Assembly: GCA_036149055.1 (NCBI GenBank)
Contig: JAYZQJ010000254.1
Location: 1-61,285 of the forward strand
Direction of reading: 5' to 3'
Source: Myxococcota bacterium
Lineage (GTDB): Bacteria; Myxococcota_A; Polyangia; Polyangiales; Sandaracinaceae
Length of the DNA stretch: 61,285 nucleotides
The translations under genes and the position numbers were made by a program. The first letter of the stretch is position 1; each line of letters starts with the position of its first letter. Positions 50,971 through 59,688 of the stretch are shown here, one piece after another. The notes beneath the pieces were generated by a model, which worked only from the letters and a program-made list of their open reading frames with translations, was not told the origin of the DNA and made no database searches.

Positions 50971-51741
50971 GTCGGCGCACCACCGGCGCAGCGTCCGGAG
51001 GTTGTGCGAGGCCCGGGCGAGCACGTCGGAGGCGAGCGGGAGCGCCGGGTCGAAGCGGGTGACGGGAGGCTCGAGGTCCTGCGCGTCGTCGTACACGACG
51101 CCCTCGATCGCGTGGTTGACGGCGATGGTGCTGTCGACGCTGCGGACCTGGGGGCCCAGCCGGCGTGCGAGGAAGACCTCGCGCGGATGCGTGAGCCCGA
51201 GCAGGTGCAGCGGCTTGTCCGTGCGACGCGTCAGGCGCTCCAGGACGACCAGCCGCGCCAGCGCGGGGTCCCGGACGCCGAGCTCGGCGCAGAACGCGCG
51301 CGGCACGATCCCCTTGGCGATCCCGATCACCGCGACCGACGGGTGACTCGCGAGCCCATCGAAGCAAGTGAGGAAGTCTCCCGGGGTCGCCCCCTCCGAG
51401 ACCGCGTGCCACCGGACGCCCTCGGCTCCGGGCCGGGCGAGCCACTCCCTCGCCAGCGCCAGCGTCGCCTCACCATCACCGTCGACCTCCGGGAGCTGGA
51501 CCTCCGTCGCGCCCACCCGGGCCGCCAGCTCGAGCGTCTCGACGAAGCCGAGGAGCTCGCGCCCGGCGAGGTGCGCTTCGTAGGCGCCGTTGTTGAGCAC
51601 GACGTGGGTGCCGCTCTCCGAGAGCTCGCGAAAGGCCCCGGCGTACTCGTCGTCGCGCGCGAGGTGGGCGAGCGCCATCGCCATCGCTCCGCGCGAGAGC
51701 TCGCGGGTGTGCGGGATGGGCGCGGTCGCGCAGAGCCTCAT
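50965..51741 (-). CDS. Phage-type TGT/DpdA-like TIM-barrel protein
   Basis: ALAHL, VLNNGAYE, LPEV, AVSEG, IGI, HLLG, RSVDST in the TGT-family motif order. Confidence 0.6.
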   Translation of the reverse strand: MRLCATAPIPHTRELSRGAMAMALAHLARDDEYAGAFRELSESGTHVVLNNGAYEAHLAGRELLGFVETLELAARVGATEVQLPEVDGDGEATLALAREWLARPGAEGVRWHAVSEGATPGDFLTCFDGLASHPSVAVIGIAKGIVPRAFCAELGVRDPALARLVVLERLTRRTDKPLHLLGLTHPREVFLARRLGPQVRSVDSTIAVNHAIEGVVYDDAQDLEPPVTRFDPALPLASDVLARASHNLRTLRRWCADS

Positions 51742-52484
51742 CTTCCGGCCCCCGACGCGCTCAGCCCCGCGCGCGCGACCTCGGCGACCCGAGCGCGGAG
51801 CGCCTCCCGCGTGGTCGCCCCGGCGCGCGCGATGCGCTCGTGGTCGAGCTCGACCTCGTCCGCGGCGTCGGTCACCAAGCAGATGGCCGCGTAGCGGAGC
51901 CCCAGCTCGTTGGCGAGCGCCGCCTCGCGCGCGATCGTCATCCCCACGACGTCACCGAGGGTTGCGTGGAATCGAAGCTCCGCGCGCGTCGGGTAGCGCG
52001 GGCCTTCCACGCTCACGTAGACCCCGCCCTCGTGCACCGTCGACGCGTCGAGCCCGACGAGGAGCTCACGGGCGAGCGGCGCATCGAACGGCGCGTGCAT
52101 CGAGGTGTGCACGACGCGGTCCGAGTGGAACGTGAGGCTGGGGCCGAGCTCCACGAAGTCGTCGAGGATCACCAGGTCCCCGACCGCGAGGCCCTCGCGG
52201 AGCGCGCCCGCGGACGCGAGCGCCACCACCGCGTCGACGCCCTCCTCGCGCATCGCGTGGAGCAGGGCGCGGGGGTCCAGCCGATGCGGAGGCATGCCGT
52301 GCCCCCTCCCGTGCCGCGCGGCCACGAGCGCCCCGGGGGCGGCCGCGAGCTGGTCCCCTCCCACGTCGCCCCAGGGCGTCCGCCGCGGGAGCGGGTCGCC
52401 CTCGTCGCAGTCGAAGCCCGTCCCGAGAATCAGCCCGATCACTCCTCCATGCGACCACATCGGCTCGAGGTCGCCAAGGCTCAT
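51738..52484 (-). CDS. 5'-methylthioadenosine/purine nucleoside phosphorylase (MTAP family)
   Basis: IGLILGTG, TPWG, RHG..H..PPH, EGPRYPTRAE, VVGMT, ELGLRYAAICLVTD. Confidence 0.88.
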   Translation of the reverse strand: MSLGDLEPMWSHGGVIGLILGTGFDCDEGDPLPRRTPWGDVGGDQLAAAPGALVAARHGRGHGMPPHRLDPRALLHAMREEGVDAVVALASAGALREGLAVGDLVILDDFVELGPSLTFHSDRVVHTSMHAPFDAPLARELLVGLDASTVHEGGVYVSVEGPRYPTRAELRFHATLGDVVGMTIAREAALANELGLRYAAICLVTDAADEVELDHERIARAGATTREALRARVAEVARAGLSASGAGR

Positions 52485-55162
52485 CGCGGCTCGGCGAACG
52501 TCCAGTCGGCGGCCTCACCGCATCGGTGCAGCCTCGGGCGCAAGAAGAGCGCGTCGCCCTCGGGCGGACCCTCGGCCCACTGGATCGGCCACGCCGACAT
52601 CACGAGCGCGACCTCCTGGCCGACCCACCGCTCGAGCGACAGATCGCGCAGGTCGCGCGGCCCCTCCCCGGGCTCGAGGATCTCGCGCCGGAGGCGCCAC
52701 ATCACGCCGCCGCGCTCCACTCCGACCAGGGCGCCCATGGCGCGACCGGCGTGGCGCGTGTCCAGGCTGATGGCGAGGCAGCTCGCGTCGGCGGGCACCC
52801 TGAAGCTCAGCTTCACCTGGGCTGGCGTCTGCTCGGGCGGAAGCGAGGTGAGCGCGAGCTCGTCGCCGCTCACCCGGGCGGCGCCTCGGACGACCTCGTG
52901 ATCGCCATCCTGGAAGGCGTGGATCAGGCTCACGGGCGCGCTGCACGGCTCGATCCGCGGTCGGTGGAGGAACGGGCGCAGGGGCCCCTCCTCGACCTCG
53001 AAGTGGAGCCCGAGCATCACGAAGCGGAGCGCCCACGGATCCAGCGGGATCTCGATCGGCTGGCGCCACTCGCCTCCTCGCAGGGGACGGTCGACGATGT
53101 CGGTCCGCTGCGCCGCGTCCCAGACCTCCGCGCGCACCCGGCCCCGCCCCTCACCCTCGGCGCCGATCTCCGCGACCAGGCAGGCGCCGCGGCACGGCCG
53201 GAGCGTGAAGTACGCGCCGCGGTTCGGAGCGGCCGGGCCCCCGGGGGGGTGTGGGGTGAGCCAGAGCCGGGCGCCGTCCCGCTCGCCGCCGACGTGATGC
53301 AGCAGCGCGTCCGACAGGGTGATCGGCGTGCTGGGCGTGCACTCGAAGGGCGGCGGGGGGCTCACCGCGCCGCCCGGTCGGAGCTCCGTGATCCGCCGGA
53401 CGCGCACGCGGGCTCGCGTCGGACCCCCCTCGGACGGGGCGAGCTGAAGGACGAACCGCTCGGCGTCGTGGTACCGCCCGGCCGGCATCCCGGTGATCCA
53501 CCGTTGCTCCGCGCGCACCGGGTGGACCGGCACCAGGAGCGTCATGGCGCCTCCCCAGCGGGGCACGGCGACCTCGAAGCGCGGCGTCACGACGCGCGCG
53601 TGGCTTCGCATCTCCACGAACACCCGCGGCGCGAGCGGCCTCAGCGCGTCCCAGCCCACCGGCTCCAGGTCGAGCTCGACGGCCAGGACGCTGTCGCCGA
53701 GGACGGGGCGGTCGAGCTGCACTCGGACCTCACCGGGCACGTCGACGAGCTCGTCCGGCGCGGTCCGGATCGGGACTCGATGCGCCGTGGGCGGCGCGTC
53801 GGCGATCCGGCGACGCGTGATCCAGAGATCGGGGCCGAGCCGGGCGACGGGCTCGTACCGCTCGGCGCGCAGCAGGAGGTCGGGGCCGAAGTGCAGCGCT
53901 CCCCAGCCCTCCGTCGAGGACGCGCGCCAGCGCTGCAGCGCCCACGGGCAGTCGGCCTCCTCGAGCCGTCGAGCGAGTCGCGCTCCACCGTCTCGGTCGC
54001 GGAAGGGATCGAGCGGCCCGGGGCGCTTCAACGCCGCGCGCAGCGAGGGCTCGCCGGAGGGCGCGACGACGCACGTGTCCTCGGGGATGTGCCGGCTCGC
54101 CCACGCCGCCGCTCTCGCCTCGTCGGTGTACGGCGGCAAGCCGGCCCCCGCCTCGAGCGGGGCGCGGGCGGTCAGCCGCGGGAGCGCGACCGGCCACCCG
54201 AACATCAGGAGCAGCAGCGCGCTGGCGAGCAACGCCGACACTCCGCGGTGACGGGAGAACGTGCGCGCGGCCGTCACGGCGAGGGCGGCGGCGGCCACCG
54301 ACACGGCGGCCAGCTGATGAGTCGCCCGAGCGTCGAGCAGCGCGGTCGCGCCCACCGCGACCGCGACCGCGAGCCACGTGCGCTCGGACGGATGCAGGAG
54401 CCCTCGGCGGTGCAGGGCGAGGCCGGCCGCCGCCACCAGCCCGATCCACGTGGCGATGCCCGCGACCCGGCCGCTCTCCAGCGGGGGGAGGGCGATCCAG
54501 TCGTGGTCCCAGCGGAGCGCCAGCCCGAGGAGCCACCAGCCGCCCACCACCGCCGTGGCCGCTCCCGCCGTCAGGGCGGCGGCGGCGTCGCGTCGCCCGG
54601 GGCGCGTGAAGAAGATCGCCGCGCACCCTCCAGCGACACCGAGCCATGCGCTCGGCGTCCACGAGACGGCCAGGCCCGCGAGGAGGCTCCCGAGGACCGC
54701 GCGCCGTCGATCCGGGCGCTCGGACGACAGGGCGCCGAGCGATCCCGCGGTGAGCAGCCAGCCGGGGGCGATGGCCTCCTCCGTGAGCGCGAGGGCGGCG
54801 AGCGCGGGGAAGATGGCGGAGCGCTCCTCTCGGGTCCTGGCGAGCGGGAGCGATCGCGCCAGGGCGGCGGCGAGCGCGATGCAGCCCCACGAGAAGAGCA
54901 ACGACTGTTGCGAGGCGTCGGCGCCGCTCCAGACGGCGACGGCCGCCCACGTCTGACGCAGCGCGCCCTCGCCCGACGCCGGCGCGACGAGGTCGCCGCG
55001 CAGCGTCGCTTCGCCGAGCTCGAGCAGCCGACGCCTCCCGGCGTCTCGCAGCGGCTCCGCGAACACGGGGCCGGTGAGGTGAGCGAGCCAGCGCCCGACG
55101 AGCGTGAGCGCGACGAGCACCCAGCCGACCAGCTCCCACGCCAGCGCGCCGCGACGGCTCAC
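52481..55162 (-). CDS. Large multi-TM protein with C-terminal beta-sandwich domains (GT-C-like architecture), paralogue 2
   Basis: About ten hydrophobic segments, then a soluble region with LxxWxGxxVxL repeats; GTGA overlap at 55159-55162. Confidence 0.6.
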   Translation of the reverse strand: MSRRGALAWELVGWVLVALTLVGRWLAHLTGPVFAEPLRDAGRRRLLELGEATLRGDLVAPASGEGALRQTWAAVAVWSGADASQQSLLFSWGCIALAAALARSLPLARTREERSAIFPALAALALTEEAIAPGWLLTAGSLGALSSERPDRRRAVLGSLLAGLAVSWTPSAWLGVAGGCAAIFFTRPGRRDAAAALTAGAATAVVGGWWLLGLALRWDHDWIALPPLESGRVAGIATWIGLVAAAGLALHRRGLLHPSERTWLAVAVAVGATALLDARATHQLAAVSVAAAALAVTAARTFSRHRGVSALLASALLLLMFGWPVALPRLTARAPLEAGAGLPPYTDEARAAAWASRHIPEDTCVVAPSGEPSLRAALKRPGPLDPFRDRDGGARLARRLEEADCPWALQRWRASSTEGWGALHFGPDLLLRAERYEPVARLGPDLWITRRRIADAPPTAHRVPIRTAPDELVDVPGEVRVQLDRPVLGDSVLAVELDLEPVGWDALRPLAPRVFVEMRSHARVVTPRFEVAVPRWGGAMTLLVPVHPVRAEQRWITGMPAGRYHDAERFVLQLAPSEGGPTRARVRVRRITELRPGGAVSPPPPFECTPSTPITLSDALLHHVGGERDGARLWLTPHPPGGPAAPNRGAYFTLRPCRGACLVAEIGAEGEGRGRVRAEVWDAAQRTDIVDRPLRGGEWRQPIEIPLDPWALRFVMLGLHFEVEEGPLRPFLHRPRIEPCSAPVSLIHAFQDGDHEVVRGAARVSGDELALTSLPPEQTPAQVKLSFRVPADASCLAISLDTRHAGRAMGALVGVERGGVMWRLRREILEPGEGPRDLRDLSLERWVGQEVALVMSAWPIQWAEGPPEGDALFLRPRLHRCGEAADWTFAEPR

Positions 55163-57981
55163 GGCGCCGCCCCGCACTCGTGAAGCGCGAGCGTGAGCAC
55201 CTCGGCGGGCTCTCCGCTCGTCGCGGCGGCGGGCAGGTCGACGACGAGCTCCACCCGTCGCCCGGTCCAGTCGTGGAGTCCCAGCTCGGAGCGCCACGTG
55301 TCCCCGCCGGCGATCTCGCCTTCGTGGAGCACCTGCTCCTGCCCTCCCTCCGCGACGCGGACCATGACCACGCGCGGGCTCGAGCGCGGGGCCCGGGCTC
55401 CGAGGGTCGCGCAGGTGTTCGGCGCGACGTGAAACGCGCGCCGCAGCGTCCCACCTCGCCAGCCGACCTCGATCGTCTCGGACGAGGCGCGCGCCGCGCC
55501 GCTCAGGGTGACTCGACCGGACGCGATCCCCTCCGGAAGCGAGCGCCGCGCGGTGCACCGCTCCAGCCTCGGCTCGATGAGCAGCACCTCGCGAGCGGGG
55601 TCGACGCCGGCGCTCCCCAGCACACCCACCCGCAAGAGGATGGGTCGCCCGCGCCACCGCTCGAGAGAGAGCTCCAGCGCGGAGCGCGAGCCGTCGCGGG
55701 GGACGGTGGTCAGGCCGAGTCGAGCCCGGGCCGCGCCCTCGATGGCGTGTACCTCGACGTCCATCGTCGGCGCGGCCGCGTCGCCGGGGGGCGCCCCCTC
55801 CTCGAACTCGGCCATGAAGCAAGTGCCGCTGCATGGGCGCAGCGGAAAGAGCAGCTCGCCCAGCGGCTGTCCGGGGGGCCTGGGCCGGAGGTGCAGCTGG
55901 CTGTCGTCCGCGTCCGGGCTCAGCTGTCGAGGCCAGGCGGCCGAGGAGCGCAGCTGGTCCACCAGCCTCCGATAGGCGTGGCACGGCTCATCGTCATCGC
56001 GCGGCGCCGCGGGTGGCGAGAGTCGCTCGAGCGACCGAACCTCGAGCGACACCGCGTCGGGCGCGAAGACCCCGGGCCCGGTCACCCGGAGCCGCAGCGA
56101 AGACGCGCGACGCGGCTCTCCCGCCCTGGGGATCCCAGCGATCCACCGCAGCTCGGCGGTGTCGGGATCCGGGCTCAGGAAGACGACGCTCGGGCGCCCG
56201 ACCTCCATGTGGTGCATCTGCTTCCAGCCGGTGACCGGAGCGCCGCCGGTCTCGAAGCGGTAGTCGATGCGCGGCTGCCCTCCGGCGAACGTCCGCCAGC
56301 GCGGGAAGTCGAGCACGTACGCGAGCCTCACCAGCTCTTCGCCGCTCACCGGAGGAGAGAGAGGCAGGACGAGGTCTGCCGGCAGCGTCAGCTCGGTCGC
56401 CTGCGGCTCGGGGACGTCGATGGGCGCGCGCCGCGCCTGCTCGCGGCTCCCTCGTCGCTCGAGCTCGAAGAGCGCGAAGCCGAGCCGGCGTCGCGCCCGA
56501 TGCTGCTCCGCGAGGGCGACGAAGTCCTCGCCGAAGAACCAGCTCTCGCCGGGCTCGTCGATCGTGCCGGCGTAGTAGAGGAACCGCTCGCAGTCCCAGC
56601 GCTCCACGTCGCGGGCGAGCTCGGCTTGCATGTCGGGGGTCCACCGCATCGCGAGCTCGGTCGGCCCTCGGAGGCCGGAGAGCGCGTGCGCGACGGTCAG
56701 GTGCGGAGACATCCCCACGCAGCGAGCGCCCCGTCGTCGCTCTCCCCACGCCCACCGCGCCGCCACCCGGTGGTCGGTGGAGAAGCCGCGGTCGGCCCGC
56801 TTCAGGCCGGTCGCCACGCGGAAGGCGTCGGCGAACACCGTGGGGCTCTGGCTGAACGCGGCCGGGTAGGTGCCGAACCACCCCAGCATCGCGGCGGCCG
56901 CGACCACCCCCGCGCCGAGCCGCGTCCAGGAGCGGCCCTGCCCGGCGCCGGCCGCGACGAGGACCAGCACGCCCAGGGCGGGGAGGATGGCCATGAACAC
57001 GTGCCCGGCGTCGCTCCGGATGAGCCCGAACGCCGCCGCGGGGAGCGCGCCCCCCAACCAGACCGCGGCGCTCCGGTCCGCGGATCCAGCGCGCGTGATC
57101 GAGGGCGCGATCAGCGCGCCTCCGGCGACCACGAGGGCGATCACGTTCGACGGCGGGACGTCGACCTCCCAGCTGCTCACCATGTTGGCGGCGTAGGCGC
57201 TCGCCAACCGCCGCTGCCCCTCGAGGTAGTCGAGCGGGTGGAACCCGAGCCACGCGCCCACGGCGATCACCAGGGCGGCGCCCACCGCCAGACAGACGAC
57301 GAAGCGCGCAGGGCGACGGACCGCCTCGAGCGGCTCGTCGCGGTGGCGCGCTCGGACGATGACCTCGACCACGAACACCCCGGCGAAGGAGAGCGCCGCG
57401 ACGCTCGCCCGGTCGAACGAGAGCAAGAGCGCCCCCAGGGTGGCGGCCGCGGCGACGCCAGCGAACACCCATCGCCGTCGAGGGGCGTCGCGCACCGCGC
57501 TCTCGGGCGGGGCGTACGCGAGGACGATCCCGAGGGACAGCACCGCGCGAAAAGTGGCGGGCCCCGAGCCGTTCGTGAGCGTCGCCAGCGCCGCGAGCGC
57601 GCCCACTCGCGCCCACCCCGACGGCACGAAGCGGAGGGTCGCCGTCGCGGCGATCGCGAGGCTGGCCGCGTGGAACAGCAGGTAGATCCAGGCGAGGGTC
57701 CCCGCGGCCCAGCCCGACGACAGGAGGGACGCGAGGTACGCCACCCCCTGCCAGAGCGGACCGCGCGGATAGTCGAAGTCGCGCCCCGACCACTCGCCGT
57801 GCGACGCTCGAAGCGCGAGCTCGAGGCGCCACGCCTGGTCGTAGAGATCCTCCTGCAGCGCCTCGAAGTCCCAGAGGGCGGCCTGGGTGTAGGCGGTCGC
57901 GACGGTCTGGGCGACCAGGTACGCGCCTACGAGCCAGAGGGCCCGACGCGCCAGGGTGCTCTCGGACGACGGGACGCCCAC
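55159..57981 (-). CDS. Large multi-TM protein with C-terminal beta-sandwich domains (GT-C-like architecture), paralogue 1
   Basis: First loop EDLYD...GRDFDYPRGPLW, many TM helices, C-terminus similar to the neighbour; GTG start approximate. Confidence 0.65.
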   Translation of the reverse strand: MGVPSSESTLARRALWLVGAYLVAQTVATAYTQAALWDFEALQEDLYDQAWRLELALRASHGEWSGRDFDYPRGPLWQGVAYLASLLSSGWAAGTLAWIYLLFHAASLAIAATATLRFVPSGWARVGALAALATLTNGSGPATFRAVLSLGIVLAYAPPESAVRDAPRRRWVFAGVAAAATLGALLLSFDRASVAALSFAGVFVVEVIVRARHRDEPLEAVRRPARFVVCLAVGAALVIAVGAWLGFHPLDYLEGQRRLASAYAANMVSSWEVDVPPSNVIALVVAGGALIAPSITRAGSADRSAAVWLGGALPAAAFGLIRSDAGHVFMAILPALGVLVLVAAGAGQGRSWTRLGAGVVAAAAMLGWFGTYPAAFSQSPTVFADAFRVATGLKRADRGFSTDHRVAARWAWGERRRGARCVGMSPHLTVAHALSGLRGPTELAMRWTPDMQAELARDVERWDCERFLYYAGTIDEPGESWFFGEDFVALAEQHRARRRLGFALFELERRGSREQARRAPIDVPEPQATELTLPADLVLPLSPPVSGEELVRLAYVLDFPRWRTFAGGQPRIDYRFETGGAPVTGWKQMHHMEVGRPSVVFLSPDPDTAELRWIAGIPRAGEPRRASSLRLRVTGPGVFAPDAVSLEVRSLERLSPPAAPRDDDEPCHAYRRLVDQLRSSAAWPRQLSPDADDSQLHLRPRPPGQPLGELLFPLRPCSGTCFMAEFEEGAPPGDAAAPTMDVEVHAIEGAARARLGLTTVPRDGSRSALELSLERWRGRPILLRVGVLGSAGVDPAREVLLIEPRLERCTARRSLPEGIASGRVTLSGAARASSETIEVGWRGGTLRRAFHVAPNTCATLGARAPRSSPRVVMVRVAEGGQEQVLHEGEIAGGDTWRSELGLHDWTGRRVELVVDLPAAATSGEPAEVLTLALHECGAAP

Positions 57982-58016
57982 GTAGTCATTCGTACCACGT
58001 GGCGTCTCTGGATGAG

Positions 58017-58619
58017 CTACGCAGTCGGCCGCTCGAAGGCCGCGCGCTCGCGTTCGACCTCGGCGCGCGTCGGGCAGCGCTCGACGTGGTCGTTCACCAG
58101 GCCCATCGCCTGCATGAAGGCGTAGGCGGTGGTGGGGCCGACGAAGCGGAAGCCGCGCGCCTTCAGCGCCTTGGCGAGCCGCTTCGACGCGGCGGTCGTC
58201 GGGTTCTCGGCGAGCACGCTCCGCGTCACGCGCGTCGGCCGCTCCTCGGGCGGCGGCTCGAAGCCCCAGATCCACGCGGCCAGGGAGCCGCGCTCGCGCC
58301 GCACCTCGAGGACGCGGGAGGCGTTGTGAATGGCCGCCTCGATCTTGCCGCGGTGACGCACGATCGCGGCGTCCTCGAGCAGGCGCGCGACGTCCCGATC
58401 GCCGAAGCGGGCGACGCGCTCCGGATCGAAGCCGGCGAAGGCCCGACGGAACGCCTCGCGCTTGCGCAGGATCGTCAGCCAGCTGAGCCCGCTCTGGAAG
58501 CCTTCGAGGCAGAGCTTCTCGTAGAGCCGCACGTCGTCCGCCACCGGGCGGCCCCACTCGTCGTCGTGGTAGGCCCGGTACTGCGGATCGTCGCCCGCCC
58601 ACCAGCAGCGCTCGCTCAT
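58017..58619 (-). CDS. tag: DNA-3-methyladenine glycosylase I
   Basis: RCWW, YHDDEWG, LEGFQSGLSWLTILRKRE, FVGPTTAYAFMQAMGLVNDH. Confidence 0.96.
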   Translation of the reverse strand: MSERCWWAGDDPQYRAYHDDEWGRPVADDVRLYEKLCLEGFQSGLSWLTILRKREAFRRAFAGFDPERVARFGDRDVARLLEDAAIVRHRGKIEAAIHNASRVLEVRRERGSLAAWIWGFEPPPEERPTRVTRSVLAENPTTAASKRLAKALKARGFRFVGPTTAYAFMQAMGLVNDHVERCPTRAEVERERAAFERPTA

Positions 58620-58689
58620 CGGCGCACCTTAGCAGCGCAGCATTCTCGCCGCGGCGACATCGCTGCGCCCGGAGGCGCTGGAGGGAGGG

Positions 58690-58800
58690 TCAGGCGAAGG
58701 TGGCCGCCCAGTAGGCGACGGTCAAAGCTCCCGGAATCACGAAGAAAGCGAGCTCGGTCACGGTGAGGTCTCGGCGCTCGGCGCCACGATTCGAGGTCAT
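58690..58800 (-). CDS. Unannotated 36-aa single-TM small protein
   Basis: MTSNRGAERRDLTVTELAFFVIPGALTVAYWAATFA*, directly behind a sigma54 motif. Confidence 0.5.
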   Translation of the reverse strand: MTSNRGAERRDLTVTELAFFVIPGALTVAYWAATFA

Positions 58801-58812
58801 GCCTTCCCGCTT

Positions 58813-58828
58813 AGCAGCGCGCGTGCCA
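58813..58828 (-). promoter_or_regulatory. Sigma54 -24/-12 promoter
   Basis: Minus strand TGGCAC-GCGCG-CTGCT. Confidence 0.6.
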
Positions 58829-58841
58829 CCCTCGCGCCGCC

Positions 58842-59654
58842 GTGGGCTACCTCGACCCCTCGCCGATCGCCTTCGCCCACCGCGGAGGCGCCCTGCTCTG
58901 GCCGGAGAACACGCTCACCTCGTTCCGCGGCGCCGTCGCGCTGGGGTTCCGGTACATCGAGACCGATCTCCACCTCACCCGCGACGGCCACGTCGTCTGC
59001 TTCCACGATCCGACGCTGGAGCGCACCACCAACGGCCGTGGGCTCGTCCGGGAGCTCACCCTCGCCGAGCTCAAGGCGCTCGACGCCGGGCACCGCTTCA
59101 CCCTCGACGGACGGACCTTCCCCTTCCGGGGGGCGCCCGGCTGCGAGGTGCCGACCCTGGAGGAGGCGCTCGCGCTCCACCCGGAGCTGCGGCTCAACGT
59201 GGAGATCAAGCAGCGCACGCCGGCGATGGAGGGCGCGCTCTGGCGCGAGCTCGAGCGGCTCGACGCGCTCGACCGGGTGCTGGTCGCGGCCGCGCACGAT
59301 CCGCTGGTGCACCGCTTCCGGCGGCTGCGCGCGCGGCGCCTCCCGACCTCGCCCGGCGTCCGGGGTGTGCTGCGCTTCTGGCTCGGCGTGCGCACCGGGC
59401 TGGGCCGCTTCGATCGCTACCCCTTCGACGCGCTCCAGGTGCCGCCCTCCGAGGCGGGTCTGACGGTGGTCGACCGCGCGTTCGTCGACGCGGCCCACGC
59501 GCACGGCCTCCACGTGCACGTCTGGACCATCGACGAGCCGGCCGAGATGCACCGCCTGCTCGACCTCGGGGTGGACGGCGTGATGACCGACCGGCCGGAC
59601 CTCCTCCGCGACGTGTGGCGGGCCCGCGGGCTCCCCTGGCCGACCTCGGCTTGA
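58842..59654 (+). CDS. Glycerophosphodiester phosphodiesterase
   Basis: AHRGG...PENTL, IETDLHLTRDG, NVEIK, VWTID, GVDGVMTDRP. Confidence 0.93.
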   Translation: MGYLDPSPIAFAHRGGALLWPENTLTSFRGAVALGFRYIETDLHLTRDGHVVCFHDPTLERTTNGRGLVRELTLAELKALDAGHRFTLDGRTFPFRGAPGCEVPTLEEALALHPELRLNVEIKQRTPAMEGALWRELERLDALDRVLVAAAHDPLVHRFRRLRARRLPTSPGVRGVLRFWLGVRTGLGRFDRYPFDALQVPPSEAGLTVVDRAFVDAAHAHGLHVHVWTIDEPAEMHRLLDLGVDGVMTDRPDLLRDVWRARGLPWPTSA

Positions 59655-59688
59655 GCGCGCGCCGCGGACCGGTGCTATCCCCCTCGCC

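Noticed and set aside
50965..51741. Canonical Dpd 7-deazaguanine restriction-modification island
   Set aside because: No dpdB-K or Que biosynthesis genes in the window, and the first catalytic Asp position is Asn
42580..52484. Pentostatin/adechlorin-type cluster (adenosine deaminase plus HxG enzyme)
   Set aside because: No ATP-phosphoribosyltransferase, SAICAR-synthetase or SDR homologues; add-tatD look like housekeeping genes
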